Shown in pieces: positions 21,556-31,674 of a DNA stretch of 64,000 nucleotides. Numbering within the stretch: the stretch's first letter is position 1; every line of letters begins with the position of its first letter. The position numbers were made by a program, and so were the translations under genes. Source of the stretch: Acidimicrobiia bacterium (GTDB taxonomy: Bacteria > Actinomycetota > Acidimicrobiia > Spongiisociales > ZC4RG35); the NCBI GenBank assembly GCA_965203555.1, contig CBDBCY010000004.1, positions 160,001 to 224,000 of the forward strand. Reading direction: 5' to 3'. The notes beneath the pieces are model-generated. The model ran no database searches. It saw only the letters and a list, made by a program, of their open reading frames with translations, and was not told the DNA's origin.

Positions 21556-22890
21556 ATGGACGAGGTCGGAGGCGCAAGCCTGTTTGGCACCGACGGCATT
21601 AGGGGAATTGCCGGTCGGGATCTCACGGCCGGTTTGGCCTACGGGGTGGGTAGGGCTGCCGGGGAGGTGGCTGGGGACGGCAGGGTGCTGGTGGGGATGG
21701 ACACTCGTCCCTCGGGTCCCGAGTTGTCCCGCGCATTGTGTGCGGGCCTGGAAAGCGCAGGCCTGCAAGCCGTGGATCTGGGAGTGATGCCGGCGGGGGG
21801 AATAAGTCATCTGACCGCTGTGACCCGGGCAGTGATGGGAGTGGTCATTTCGGCCTCGCACAATCCCGCTGCATACAACGGGATCAAGCTGCTGGGCCCG
21901 GACGGCGCCAAACTCTCCGACCAGAGAGAAGCTGAGATCTCTGCGCGGGTCAGACCGGTGGAGAAGGGGGGATCAGGGACCGCCTTGATCGGATCGGAGT
22001 GGCCCGCAGCTTTGGACGCTTATATAGAGTGGTTGGCCGGGACGGTCACCGTCGACCTGTCGGGGCTCTCGGTGATGGTGGACTGCGCCAACGGGGCGGC
22101 CTACCGGGCCGCTCCCAGGGTACTTCGTTTGTTGGGGGTGGACACGGAAACGACCGCTGCCGGCGGGGACGGTTCGGCTATCAACCAGGGATGCGGCGCC
22201 ACCCATCCGCAGTGGGTCGCCTCCCGGGCCGGGGGACGAATCGGATTGGCCCTGGACGGAGACGCTGATCGCCTGATCGCCGTGGACGAGACCGGGTGCG
22301 TGGTTGACGGGGATTTTCTGATGGCGATCCTGGCTCGGTATCTGCACCTTCGACGGCAATTGGATCCACCTGTGGTGGTGGCCACCGTGATGTCCAATCT
22401 GGGCTTTCGGACGGCCATGTCCTCACAGGGAATAGAGATCGTCCGGACCAGGGTGGGAGATCGATATGTGCGGGAGGAGATGATCAGGCGGGGCGCCATG
22501 CTGGGGGGTGAACAGTCCGGACACATCATCTTCGGCAATCTGGCGGTCACCGGCGACGGTCTCCTCACCGCCTTGCAACTCTTGCAGGTAGTGGCCTCCA
22601 CCGGCCGGACGTTGGATGACCTTCGCACTGAAGCGATGCAGCGCTACCCGCAGGTCCTGATCAACGTGGAGGTGGAAGATCCGGCCCGGGTAAGAGAGTT
22701 CACCGGGATTTGGGAGAAGGTTTCCAGGGTTGAACGGGAGTTGGGATCCGAAGGGCGGGTGCTGGTCCGACCGTCGGGCACAGAGCCCCTGGTGCGGGTA
22801 ATGGTGGAATGCCTTGAGTCTGAGCCGGCTGAGAGGTATGCTGAGGAATTGGCCGAGGTGATTGCCTTGGTTATGAACAGGTCGACCTGA
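21556..22890 (+). CDS. glmM: Phosphoglucosamine mutase
   Basis: FGTDGIRG, SASHNP, DGDADR, GGEQSGH, RPSGTEP; rpsI-glmM-glmS synteny. Confidence 0.95.
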   Translation: MDEVGGASLFGTDGIRGIAGRDLTAGLAYGVGRAAGEVAGDGRVLVGMDTRPSGPELSRALCAGLESAGLQAVDLGVMPAGGISHLTAVTRAVMGVVISASHNPAAYNGIKLLGPDGAKLSDQREAEISARVRPVEKGGSGTALIGSEWPAALDAYIEWLAGTVTVDLSGLSVMVDCANGAAYRAAPRVLRLLGVDTETTAAGGDGSAINQGCGATHPQWVASRAGGRIGLALDGDADRLIAVDETGCVVDGDFLMAILARYLHLRRQLDPPVVVATVMSNLGFRTAMSSQGIEIVRTRVGDRYVREEMIRRGAMLGGEQSGHIIFGNLAVTGDGLLTALQLLQVVASTGRTLDDLRTEAMQRYPQVLINVEVEDPARVREFTGIWEKVSRVERELGSEGRVLVRPSGTEPLVRVMVECLESEPAERYAEELAEVIALVMNRST

Positions 22891-22944
22891 GAAAGGAGGA
22901 ATTTCCCACCCCACAACTCGGCGTGCAGCGGAGTTATCTCACAA

Positions 22945-23106
22945 CAAACAAGCGCCAGGCCTCTTGAACCGCCGGTCGGCGGATTCCGGAGGTGACGAGG
23001 AGGAAGGCGATCGAATCTTTCGGCGGATGCCTTTCCGGCCACCACAGTCGTGACGATCGGAGCAAATCCCGCCGGTAACGGCGGGGACAAAAGACGGTCG
23101 AAGTGG
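22945..23106 (+). ncRNA. glmS ribozyme (glucosamine-6-phosphate-activated self-cleaving riboswitch)
   Basis: AGCGCCAG at 22951, P1 stem, GACGAGG, ATCGAA...TTCGGCGGATG core, and P4 hairpin CAAATCCCGCCGGTAACGGCGGGGACAAA, all directly 5' of glmS. Confidence 0.9.
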
Positions 23107-23156
23107 AGCGTTCCGCAATGCGCGCGCAGAGGGGGTTTGTGGAAATTGGCGCGATC

Positions 23157-24992
23157 ATGTGCGGAATAGTTGGTTATGTTGGCTCCCGCCCTGCTCGAGA
23201 TTTGTTGCTGGGTGGTTTGGCCCGGTTGGAGTACCGGGGCTACGACTCGGCGGGAATGGCTATCGGTCAGAACGGCGCATTGACAAGTGTCCGACAGGTT
23301 GGAAAGATCTCCGATCTGGCCGCGGTGGTCCAGGAAGGTTCGGAGTCTTTCCCCGGGGGGTATGGAGTCGGGCATACCCGATGGGCGACTCACGGGGCGC
23401 CCACCACTCCCAATGCTCACCCTCACTTCGATTGCTCGGGGGAGGTGGCGATCGTCCACAACGGGATTATTGAGAATTGGACGGAGTTGAAGGCTTGGTT
23501 GGAAGGCCGGGGGCACGGATTTGCCTCCGACACCGACACGGAGGTGGCCGCCCATCTCATCGAGGAACTGTCTTCGCTCCCCCTGTCAGAGGCAGTGGCG
23601 CAGGTCCTGCGACGCTGTGAGGGCGCCCTGGCCCTGGCGGTGATTCGCCGCTCCGATCCAGGGCTGGTTGTGGGAGGTCGGAAGGGAAGCCCGCTGGTGA
23701 TCGGCCGGGGATCGGGGGAGAATTTCCTGGCTTCCGACATCCCTGCGTTCATGGCCCATACCCGTCGCATGATGGTGGTTCCCGAAGATCGGGTGGTGGA
23801 GATCCGCTCGGACTCGGTGCGCATCACCGACCTACGCGGACAGGAGCAGGAACCAGAGGAACGGGAGGTGGAATGGGACGTGGAGGCCGCCGAGAAGGGC
23901 GGCTATCCCACTTTCATGCTCAAGGAGATATACGAGCAGCCCAAAGCCGTGGCGGAGACCCTGTTGGGACGCATCAGTTCCACCGGTCTGCCCATGCTGG
24001 AGGAAACGGGAGTGACCGCCGAGATTGCCAAGGACGTGGACAAGGTGTTCGTGGTGGCCTGCGGTACCTCCTATCACGCCGGGATGATGGCCAAATACGC
24101 ATTGGAGCGATGGGCGAAGCTTCCGGTGGAGGTAGATCTGTCCTCGGAGTTCCGGTATCGAGATCCGGTTCTCAACTCCCGCTCGCTGGTGATCGGCATC
24201 AGCCAGTCGGGAGAGACTGCGGACACTTTGGGCGCGATCCGATATGCGCTCGGACAGGGCGCCCGGGTGGCGGCGGTGACCAACGTGGTCGGATCGTCGC
24301 TGGCCCGAGAGGCGCACATGGTGCTGCAAACCAGGGCGGGCCCCGAAATCGGAGTGGCGGCTTCCAAGACCTTCATCACCCAGATGGCCCTGCTTCAACT
24401 ATTGGGTCTGCATATGGCCATCGAGCGAGGCGTGATGAGTCCCGCAGAAGCGGCAGGGCCGGTGAATGCGCTGCGCAGCCTGCCTGATCGGCTCGATGAA
24501 GTGTTGGGCCTTTCCGATCAGATGCTGGAGTTGGCGCAGGAGTGGCGGGACGTGCGAGATTTCTTCTTCCTGGGCAGGTCTGTCGACTATCCGGCGGCTC
24601 TGGAAGGCGCCTTGAAGCTGAAGGAATTGTCCTATGTGCGAGCCGAGGGTTATGCGGCCGGTGAGATGAAGCACGGTCCCATCGCCCTGATCGAGCCGGG
24701 AGTGGTGGTGATCGGAGTGGCCACCGACCGCCGGCTGCGTCCCAAGATGTTCTCCAATCTCTCGGAGATGAAGGCGCGGGGCGGTACGGTGGTGACCCTG
24801 GTCGGAGAGGAGGACCGGGCCGAGGCGGCAATCACCTCCGATCTGGTGATAACCCTTCCCGAAGACGCTGATCTGATCGGAGCGGTGCTGGCAGTGGTTC
24901 CGCTGCAACTCTTCTCCTACCACCTTGCCACCCTCAAGGGACTGGACGTCGACCAACCCCGCAACCTTGCCAAGACGGTGACCGTGGAGTAG
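23157..24992 (+). CDS. glmS: Glutamine--fructose-6-phosphate aminotransferase
   Basis: MCGIVG, EYRGYDSAG, GHTRWATHG, SQSGET, KHGP, PRNLAKTVTVE. Confidence 0.98.
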   Translation: MCGIVGYVGSRPARDLLLGGLARLEYRGYDSAGMAIGQNGALTSVRQVGKISDLAAVVQEGSESFPGGYGVGHTRWATHGAPTTPNAHPHFDCSGEVAIVHNGIIENWTELKAWLEGRGHGFASDTDTEVAAHLIEELSSLPLSEAVAQVLRRCEGALALAVIRRSDPGLVVGGRKGSPLVIGRGSGENFLASDIPAFMAHTRRMMVVPEDRVVEIRSDSVRITDLRGQEQEPEEREVEWDVEAAEKGGYPTFMLKEIYEQPKAVAETLLGRISSTGLPMLEETGVTAEIAKDVDKVFVVACGTSYHAGMMAKYALERWAKLPVEVDLSSEFRYRDPVLNSRSLVIGISQSGETADTLGAIRYALGQGARVAAVTNVVGSSLAREAHMVLQTRAGPEIGVAASKTFITQMALLQLLGLHMAIERGVMSPAEAAGPVNALRSLPDRLDEVLGLSDQMLELAQEWRDVRDFFFLGRSVDYPAALEGALKLKELSYVRAEGYAAGEMKHGPIALIEPGVVVIGVATDRRLRPKMFSNLSEMKARGGTVVTLVGEEDRAEAAITSDLVITLPEDADLIGAVLAVVPLQLFSYHLATLKGLDVDQPRNLAKTVTVE

Positions 24993-25083
24993 CCTAAGCT
25001 ATTGAAACTCAGACGATTTGGATTTTGTTTTCAGAAATACTCTATGATGAGGCATATCCGACCAATCGTGAAGGAGCACGCAG

Positions 25084-25314
25084 ATGAGTGGATTGGTTGC
25101 CGTTCCCTATCGACCCAAGTCGTCATTCCTGGGGGGAGTCGCACTAATCGTGGATTTTGGACACGCCCTGATCTGCTACGAATCCTTTGAGTCAGAAGCA
25201 GAAGCGGACATGTATGCGCTTCAGAGGGACTTTGACAGGGTCTGCCAGGACATCCGCGAGGTTGGTGGTGTCGCTCTTGCTGAGGTAAACGCCGTGTTGA
25301 ACACACCAAAGTAG
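25084..25314 (+). CDS. Small hypothetical protein coupled to the DUF2335-like gene
   Basis: SD GGAG upstream; stop overlaps next start (TAGTG); SFLGG..IVDFG...EAD..AL..D...V..DI pattern; lower GC than flanks. Confidence 0.6.
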   Translation: MSGLVAVPYRPKSSFLGGVALIVDFGHALICYESFESEAEADMYALQRDFDRVCQDIREVGGVALAEVNAVLNTPK

Positions 25315-25787
25315 TGAGTGATGACGGAACCCCTCTCCAGAGCCATCCAGAGGGTGAGAACGAACTTCGGGAAACTGAGCTAACGGCTGTCCCGGGCGAC
25401 CAGTCCGAGGGCGGATCAGTGCCTGGGAGCACGACTGCTGTTCGGTTTGAATGGAGTGCCCCACTACCACCCCCACCCGTGATGCGTGAGTATGGGGAAA
25501 TACTCCATGACGCACCGAATAGGATTTTTGAGATGGCCGAGCGGCAGGTTGGAATGGCTGAGCGTCAGATTGACGGCCGGTTGGCGTTGGAGAAGGCACA
25601 GTCTCGCAATGTGTCATTGGGGCTGTGGGGTGGTATTTTGATATCTCTGGTAGGTTTAGTCGGAGGGATCTATCTTGTTAACAGCGGTTATCAGTGGCCA
25701 GGATTGATAGTTATCGGTGTGGATTTTGGGTGGTCGTTTAGCTCGTTTTTCTTTACGTACCGGACTAACTCCAGACAGAGCAAGTAG
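25314..25787 (+). CDS. DUF2335-like predicted membrane protein
   Basis: WSAPLPPP..MREY..I...APNRIFEMAERQ followed by two hydrophobic segments. Confidence 0.75.
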   Translation: MSDDGTPLQSHPEGENELRETELTAVPGDQSEGGSVPGSTTAVRFEWSAPLPPPPVMREYGEILHDAPNRIFEMAERQVGMAERQIDGRLALEKAQSRNVSLGLWGGILISLVGLVGGIYLVNSGYQWPGLIVIGVDFGWSFSSFFFTYRTNSRQSK

Positions 25788-25873
25788 CGCGTCCCGCTTG
25801 GCTTTTTCCCTTACCCGCCAAAATGCTCCAAGCATTCGGCACAAAGCAGTGGCGGACAGGTAGCATCGTTGGA

Positions 25874-26248
25874 GTGAGGATCATTGGCTTGGGGGTGGAC
25901 CTAACGGCTGTCGAGCGGGTGAGGTCGATTCTGGAGCGCTACCCGCGGTTCCGCGAGCGCTGCTTCACCACCCATGAACGAGAGTACGCCGACCGTTATC
26001 AAAAGCCCGAGCGAAGGTTTGCCGCCCGGTTTGCCGGCAAGGAGGCGGTTATGAAATCGCTCGGGACCGGCTGGCGCCGTCTGCGCTGGACCGATATCGA
26101 GATCACCGGGGGCGGGAAACCACGCGTGAACCTGTCGGGGACGGCTCAACGCCATGCGGAACGCTTGGGAGTAACGGAGGTGCAGGTGACTATCACCCAT
26201 ACCGACGACACTGCTCTGGTAATGGCTTTGGCCCTCGGAGAGCATTAG
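25874..26248 (+). CDS. acpS: Holo-[acyl-carrier-protein] synthase
   Basis: IGLGVDL, FAARFAGKEAVMKSLGTG, VTITH. Confidence 0.93.
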   Translation: MRIIGLGVDLTAVERVRSILERYPRFRERCFTTHEREYADRYQKPERRFAARFAGKEAVMKSLGTGWRRLRWTDIEITGGGKPRVNLSGTAQRHAERLGVTEVQVTITHTDDTALVMALALGEH

Positions 26249-26290
26249 ACATCCTGTTATGGGAGTGGTTTTTCACCCGGGAACAGGCAA

Positions 26291-27721
26291 GTGAAGCCGG
26301 TTATCACCCCCGAAGAAGCCGCTCGGTTGGACCGGGTGAGCGCCGAGCCGGTCGAAATCCTCATGGAGCGAGCCGGCTGGGCAGTGGAGATCGCTGCGGC
26401 CCGGATGGGAGCGGGTTACGGGAGCCGGGTGGCGGTACTGGTCGGGCCGGGCAACAACGGAGGGGATGGCTACGTGGCTGCCGGACTGCTGCGCCGGCGG
26501 GGAGCGGCGGTTGTCATACACCAGTTGAGGGAGCCGAAGACCCAAGCCGCCCTCTGGGCACTGCAGCGGGCGGTAGCCGCCGGAGTGCAGATTCAGGAGA
26601 TGGCCGGGCCGCCTCCCTCAGGGGTAGATCTGGTGGTGGACGCCGTGTTCGGAGGAGGGTATCGCGGCCGGTGCCCGCCGACGCTGGCAGCGTGGATGGA
26701 CCTTCCGGCGCCCGTTCTGGCGGTGGACTTTCCCTCCGGGGTGGATCCGGCCACCGGTGAGGTCGGAGACCGAGCATTCTCGGCTGACCTCACCGTCACC
26801 TTCCAAGCTCTCAAAACCGGCCATCTCCTGGGAGAGGGACCCGACCGGTGCGGAAGGATCGAAGTTGCCGACATCGGCCTGACCGGGTTGAGACCCTCGA
26901 TGTTGGTGGCCGAGGAGAGCGACTGTCCTCGCCCGAACCGGCGCCGGACCGCCCACAAGTGGACGGCCGGATCGGTGATTGTGGTCGGGGGATCCCGGGG
27001 AATGACCGGGGCGGCGCTGTTAGCCGCTCGGTCCGCGCTCCGTGCCGGAGCGGGAGCGGTGGAATTGATGGTCCCTGGGGGATGTCAATCGTTGGTGGCG
27101 GGCGCCGCCCCTGAACTGTTGACGTCCGGTCTTGGAAAAGGACAGCATTTCGAACCGGCTCGAGTGGAGGCTTGCGTGGAGAGAGCGGCCCGTTTCGACG
27201 TGATGGTCATCGGGCCGGGCATCGGGAGGGCCGAAGAGACCCGGCAATGGGCGCGGCGAGTCATCGCCCGGCGGGCCGGTGCTCTGGTGGTGGATGCAGA
27301 TGCCCTGCGAGCCGCGGACGTGGCGCTTCTGTCGGGGCGGCGAGAGCCCACGGTGATCACTCCGCATCGGGGTGAACTGGCGTCGCTGACCGGCCCCGAT
27401 CCCGGCCTGGCCGAGATGCAGGGCTTGGGTATGTTGGGGATGGTGGTGTTGGGCAAGGGCGCCCCGACCTTGGTGTGTGATGAATCAACGACCTGGGCCG
27501 TGACTGAGGGTGGTCCTGAACTGGCCACCATCGGCTCGGGGGATGTCCTGGCCGGGTGGTTGGCTGCTCTGTGGGCGCGGGGCCTGTCACCGTCGGTGGC
27601 TGCTCGTTCGGCGGCCTTCTGGCATGGGCGGGCGGGCGCCTTCCTGGCAGCGCGTCGAACGGTGACCGCCGATGGCCTGGCCGATGAGGTGGGCCGCTGG
27701 GCCTGGGAGAGGAGCAGGTGA
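26291..27721 (+). CDS. nnr: Bifunctional NAD(P)H-hydrate repair enzyme (epimerase/dehydratase)
   Basis: LMERAG, GPGNNGGDG, VDFPSG, HK..AG, GPGIG, DADA, TPHRGE, GSGDVLAG. Confidence 0.93.
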   Translation: MKPVITPEEAARLDRVSAEPVEILMERAGWAVEIAAARMGAGYGSRVAVLVGPGNNGGDGYVAAGLLRRRGAAVVIHQLREPKTQAALWALQRAVAAGVQIQEMAGPPPSGVDLVVDAVFGGGYRGRCPPTLAAWMDLPAPVLAVDFPSGVDPATGEVGDRAFSADLTVTFQALKTGHLLGEGPDRCGRIEVADIGLTGLRPSMLVAEESDCPRPNRRRTAHKWTAGSVIVVGGSRGMTGAALLAARSALRAGAGAVELMVPGGCQSLVAGAAPELLTSGLGKGQHFEPARVEACVERAARFDVMVIGPGIGRAEETRQWARRVIARRAGALVVDADALRAADVALLSGRREPTVITPHRGELASLTGPDPGLAEMQGLGMLGMVVLGKGAPTLVCDESTTWAVTEGGPELATIGSGDVLAGWLAALWARGLSPSVAARSAAFWHGRAGAFLAARRTVTADGLADEVGRWAWERSR

Positions 27722-28836
27722 GCAGACCGTCCTGGGCGGAGGTCGATCTGAGGGCGGTGGCCCACAACGTCGGGGAATTGGTTCGCTGTGCATCAGGCGC
27801 CCGGGTGTGCGCGGTGGTGAAGGCGAACGGGTACGGCCACGGGGCGCCCCAGGTGGCCGGGGCCGCGTTGGCGGGTGGGGCCGAATGGTTGGCGGTGGCG
27901 ACGGTGGAGGAGGGAGTCCAATTGCGGGAGGAAGGAATAAAAGCGCCCGTGCTACTGCTTTCTGAACCGCCAGGAGGCGATCTGGAGGAGGTGATAAGAC
28001 AGGGAATCACCCCCACCGTTTACCGCGGGAAAACCATCGCTGCCCTGGCCCGGGCAACCATGGATCTTGGAAAGCAGGCATTCGACATACACCTCAAAGT
28101 CGACACCGGGATGCATCGGGTCGGCGCCCCACCCCAGGCGCTGGGCCGGCTGGTAGGGGAGGTGTCGAGAGCCGGTGTTCTGACGTTGGGCGGAATCTGG
28201 AGTCACTTTGCAGTGGCGGACACCGATCCCGAATTCACCGGCGCCCAGATCAAGGCCTATGCGGAGGCTTTCCGGCAAGCCCGCCGGTCGCCGGCTGTGC
28301 GCCGGTCACCACCTCTGCGGCATCTTGCCAACACCCCGGGTACGCTCTTTCACCTGGAGTCTCATCTGGACATGGTGCGTCCCGGACTGGGGATCTACGG
28401 CCTCTATCCGCATCCGGCGGTTCGAAAGTTGATCGACCTTCGCCCGGCTATGAGAATCGTTTCCCATGTATCCCATTTGTCGCGACACCCGCCGGGGACC
28501 CGCCCCTCCTACGGTCGCATCCGCGGCTTGATGACAGAGTCAGCGGTCGCCACCCTGCCCCTGGGTTACGCTGACGGGGTGCCCCGCCTCATCTCCGAAG
28601 GAGGGGAGGTGTTGATCGGGGGACGGCGATTCCCATTGGCGGGTCGAGTGACGATGGACCAATTGGTGGTGGAGGTGGGCGATCACCCGGTTTCGGTGGG
28701 CGATGAGGCGGTGTTGATCGGTAGCCAGGGATCCGAATCGATTAGTTTCGATGACTGGGCAGCGCTGTCCGATACAATCAACTATGAAGTCGTTAGTCGG
28801 ATTGGTCCCCGCTTGCCCAGACGCTATATCTCATGA
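27718..28836 (+). CDS. alr: Alanine racemase
   Basis: AVVKANGYGHG, HLKVDTGMHR, SHF, GYADG, GRVTMDQ, TINYE. Confidence 0.96.
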   Translation: MSRPSWAEVDLRAVAHNVGELVRCASGARVCAVVKANGYGHGAPQVAGAALAGGAEWLAVATVEEGVQLREEGIKAPVLLLSEPPGGDLEEVIRQGITPTVYRGKTIAALARATMDLGKQAFDIHLKVDTGMHRVGAPPQALGRLVGEVSRAGVLTLGGIWSHFAVADTDPEFTGAQIKAYAEAFRQARRSPAVRRSPPLRHLANTPGTLFHLESHLDMVRPGLGIYGLYPHPAVRKLIDLRPAMRIVSHVSHLSRHPPGTRPSYGRIRGLMTESAVATLPLGYADGVPRLISEGGEVLIGGRRFPLAGRVTMDQLVVEVGDHPVSVGDEAVLIGSQGSESISFDDWAALSDTINYEVVSRIGPRLPRRYIS

Positions 28837-29897
28837 AGCCTGCTGATTTTCCTCTCGCTCTCGCTTACGACGACGTGTTGCTGGTGCCCCGCCGCTCGTC
28901 GGTGGGCTCCCGGCAGGAGGTAAGCCTGGCCACCCGACTGAGCCGCCGCCTCGACCTGGGGATACCGGTTATCGCCGCCAACATGGACACGGTGTGCGAG
29001 GCCGAAATGGCGGTGGCCATGGCACAGATGGGAGGCGTGGGGATCATTCATCGGTTCTTGCCGGTGGAGGATCACGCCCGGGAAGTGGAGAAGGTTAAAG
29101 AGGTCGGAGAGGACCTGCTGGTGGGCGCAGCTTTGGGAGTGGGAGAGGGCATGACCCGCCGCGCCAAGAATTGTGTGGCCGCCGGGGTGGATATTCTTGT
29201 TCTGGACATCGCCCACGGGCACGCCGAGCATGCTCTCCGGGCGGTGCGGGTTTTGAAGAATGAGTTTGCGGAGGTGGACCTGATCGCCGGAAACATCGCC
29301 ACGGGACAGGGGGCGATCGACTTGGTGAAAGCGGGAGCGGACGCCGTGAAGGTAGGAGTGGGTCCGGGAGGGGTGTGTACCACCCGGGTGGTGACCGGGG
29401 TGGGGGTTCCGCAGGTCAGCGCCCTTTACGATGTGGTGAAATCGGGGGTGGAAGCGCCTATCATCGCCGACGGAGGGATCCGGGCCGGCGGTGACATAGC
29501 CAAGGCGCTGGCGTTGGGGGCCGACTCGGTGATGATAGGCAGCCTGCTTGCCGGCACCCGGGAAAGCCCTGGCGAAGTTGAAGAGACTTCGACCGGTCCG
29601 ATCAAGCGGGTCCGGGGAATGGCGTCGTTGGAGGCGGCGGTGCTGCGGGCCGCTCGTCGGGGCGCTGAGCTCGATGACGAGTATTTCGAACACCGTTCCC
29701 CGGAAGGAATCGAACGCACAGTGGCATACCGGGGAACTGCGGCGGAGGTGATACGGTCGCTGATGGGTGGGGTGCGAAGCGCCATGAGCTATTTGGGGGC
29801 CACCGATCTGGATACCTTCCAACGCAACGCCCGTTTCGTGAGAACCACGCCCGCCGGAGTGGCGGAGAGTCATCCTCACGCTTCCTCTGGTAGCTAG
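28833..29897 (+). CDS. IMPDH/GMP reductase family protein without CBS domains (probably GMP reductase)
   Basis: [49 protein letters not shown]. Confidence 0.85.
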   Translation: MKPADFPLALAYDDVLLVPRRSSVGSRQEVSLATRLSRRLDLGIPVIAANMDTVCEAEMAVAMAQMGGVGIIHRFLPVEDHAREVEKVKEVGEDLLVGAALGVGEGMTRRAKNCVAAGVDILVLDIAHGHAEHALRAVRVLKNEFAEVDLIAGNIATGQGAIDLVKAGADAVKVGVGPGGVCTTRVVTGVGVPQVSALYDVVKSGVEAPIIADGGIRAGGDIAKALALGADSVMIGSLLAGTRESPGEVEETSTGPIKRVRGMASLEAAVLRAARRGAELDDEYFEHRSPEGIERTVAYRGTAAEVIRSLMGGVRSAMSYLGATDLDTFQRNARFVRTTPAGVAESHPHASSGS

Positions 29898-29903
29898 GGG
29901 TTT

Positions 29904-30509
29904 ATGCGGGAACTGGAGGAGTTGGGCGCCCGGGCGAGGGTGTGCACCGACTGCCGGCTGTCCCGAAGCCGCACCAAGGTGGTGTTCGGAGTGGGCCGAC
30001 CTGATGCACAGGTCATGATGGTGGGAGAGGCGCCGGGAAAGAATGAGGACCTCCAGGGCGAACCCTTTGTGGGAGCGGCCGGAAACCTTCTGAACGGGCT
30101 GCTGGCGGAGGTGGGAATGCGCCGGCAGGATGTCTACATCGCCAACGTGCTGAAGTGCCGTCCCCCCAACAATCGCGACCCGCGGCCCGACGAGATATCG
30201 GCCTGCAAGGGGTACTTGCGCCGGCAACTTGATCTGGTGGATCCCGAGGTGGTGATGACCCTGGGGAATTTCGCCACCCAACTTCTGTTACGCACCACCA
30301 CCGGCATCAGCCGGATGCGGGGACGCAGCTACAAATGGTGGAGGGACAAGATCGTGATACCGACTTTCCATCCGGCAGCCGCGCTGCGAGGCGGCGAGCG
30401 GGTGACCAACCAGATCCGTGAAGACTTGGCATTGATGAGATCGGTTCTGGACTCCCTGGACACCGGGGAGGGAATTGAATCCGAACCGGAGCAGTTGGGC
30501 CTGTTCTGA
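29904..30509 (+). CDS. Uracil-DNA glycosylase, family 4 (Fe-S)
   Basis: CTDC, GEAPG, PFVG, KCRPPNNR, HPAA. Confidence 0.93.
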   Translation: MRELEELGARARVCTDCRLSRSRTKVVFGVGRPDAQVMMVGEAPGKNEDLQGEPFVGAAGNLLNGLLAEVGMRRQDVYIANVLKCRPPNNRDPRPDEISACKGYLRRQLDLVDPEVVMTLGNFATQLLLRTTTGISRMRGRSYKWWRDKIVIPTFHPAAALRGGERVTNQIREDLALMRSVLDSLDTGEGIESEPEQLGLF

Positions 30510-30964
30510 TGACTATCCGGGTGGCTTGTCCCACCGCTGAACACACCTATGCGGTGGCGACGCGTCTGGCGCCCCTGCTTCGGGCAGGAGATGTGATCGC
30601 TCTTTCCGGCCCGCTGGGATGTGGAAAGACGCTGTTCACCGGTGGGTTGGCTGCCGCTTTGGGAGTGGATGGCCCGGTTCCCAGTCCTACTTTCGTGTTG
30701 GCCCGCCACTACGACGACGGGTTCCTCCCGCTGGTGCACGTGGATGTCTACCGGCTGGGCTCTTACAACGAATTCTTGGACCTGGGCGTGCTGGACGCAG
30801 CCTCCGAAGGGGTGTTGGTTGTGGAGTGGGGAGAAGCGGTGGAGTCGCTGCTTCCGGAGCATCTCTTGATCCGCTTCGTCGTGACCGAAGATGGAGAGCG
30901 AGTGCTGTTCTTGCAGGCGCCCCCTTCCTGGAAGTCCCGGCCGCTTCGGGAGGTGGCCATATGA
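30509..30964 (+). CDS. tsaE: tRNA threonylcarbamoyladenosine biosynthesis ATPase
   Basis: GPLGCGKT, SPTF, HVDVYRL, VEWG. Confidence 0.95.
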   Translation: MTIRVACPTAEHTYAVATRLAPLLRAGDVIALSGPLGCGKTLFTGGLAAALGVDGPVPSPTFVLARHYDDGFLPLVHVDVYRLGSYNEFLDLGVLDAASEGVLVVEWGEAVESLLPEHLLIRFVVTEDGERVLFLQAPPSWKSRPLREVAI

Positions 30965-31674
30965 AGATAGCGGCAATCACCACCTCCACCCCGGCCTCCT
31001 CGGTGGCGCTGGTCGAAGGTCGTCGGGTGGTTTCTTCGGCGGAAAACGTCAATTCCCGGGGGCATGCCGGCTTTGTGGTGGCCGCCCTGGACTTCTGCGC
31101 CCGATCCGCCGGCTGGGCGCCGGAAGAGATAGAGTCGGTGGTGGTGGACGTGGGCCCGGGTCTCTACACCGGCATCAGGGTGGGAATCTCGGTGGCCCAG
31201 GGAATAGGCGCTTCGGTGGGCGCCCAGGTGGCGCCGGCCAGTTCCCTGGATGCGTTGGCCCTTAGGGCCGCTACCGGGCACAGACGGATTTTCGCAGTGG
31301 TGGACGTCCGTCGCCGGGAGGTGGCGGTGGCCGGCTACCGTCCGGTTCCGGGCGGAGTGATGCGCGATCATCCGGTGGAGTTGACCACTGCGGAGCGGTT
31401 CCTGGCGATGCTCAGCACCGTTAGAGAGCAGATCCTGCTGGTAGGCGACACCGCGGCGTTGGGACAGGGGGCTATGGCCGGCTTGCAGGGGGTCCGGGTG
31501 GGCAGGCCTCGCTATCCAACCGCCGAGGCGATTGCCGAGGCCGGTCTGGGAATTCTGGAACGAGGAGAGGCGCCCCATCCCGACGCGGTCCGACCCAAAT
31601 ACCTACGAGAGGCCGACGTCAACATCAATTGGGACCGTCTGCGCTCCCCGTTCAAATGGAAGGAGCGAGAATGA
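30961..31674 (+). CDS. tsaB: tRNA threonylcarbamoyladenosine biosynthesis protein
   Basis: GPGLYTGIRVG, DVRRREV, P.YLR; position between tsaE and rimI. Confidence 0.92.
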   Translation: MKIAAITTSTPASSVALVEGRRVVSSAENVNSRGHAGFVVAALDFCARSAGWAPEEIESVVVDVGPGLYTGIRVGISVAQGIGASVGAQVAPASSLDALALRAATGHRRIFAVVDVRRREVAVAGYRPVPGGVMRDHPVELTTAERFLAMLSTVREQILLVGDTAALGQGAMAGLQGVRVGRPRYPTAEAIAEAGLGILERGEAPHPDAVRPKYLREADVNINWDRLRSPFKWKERE

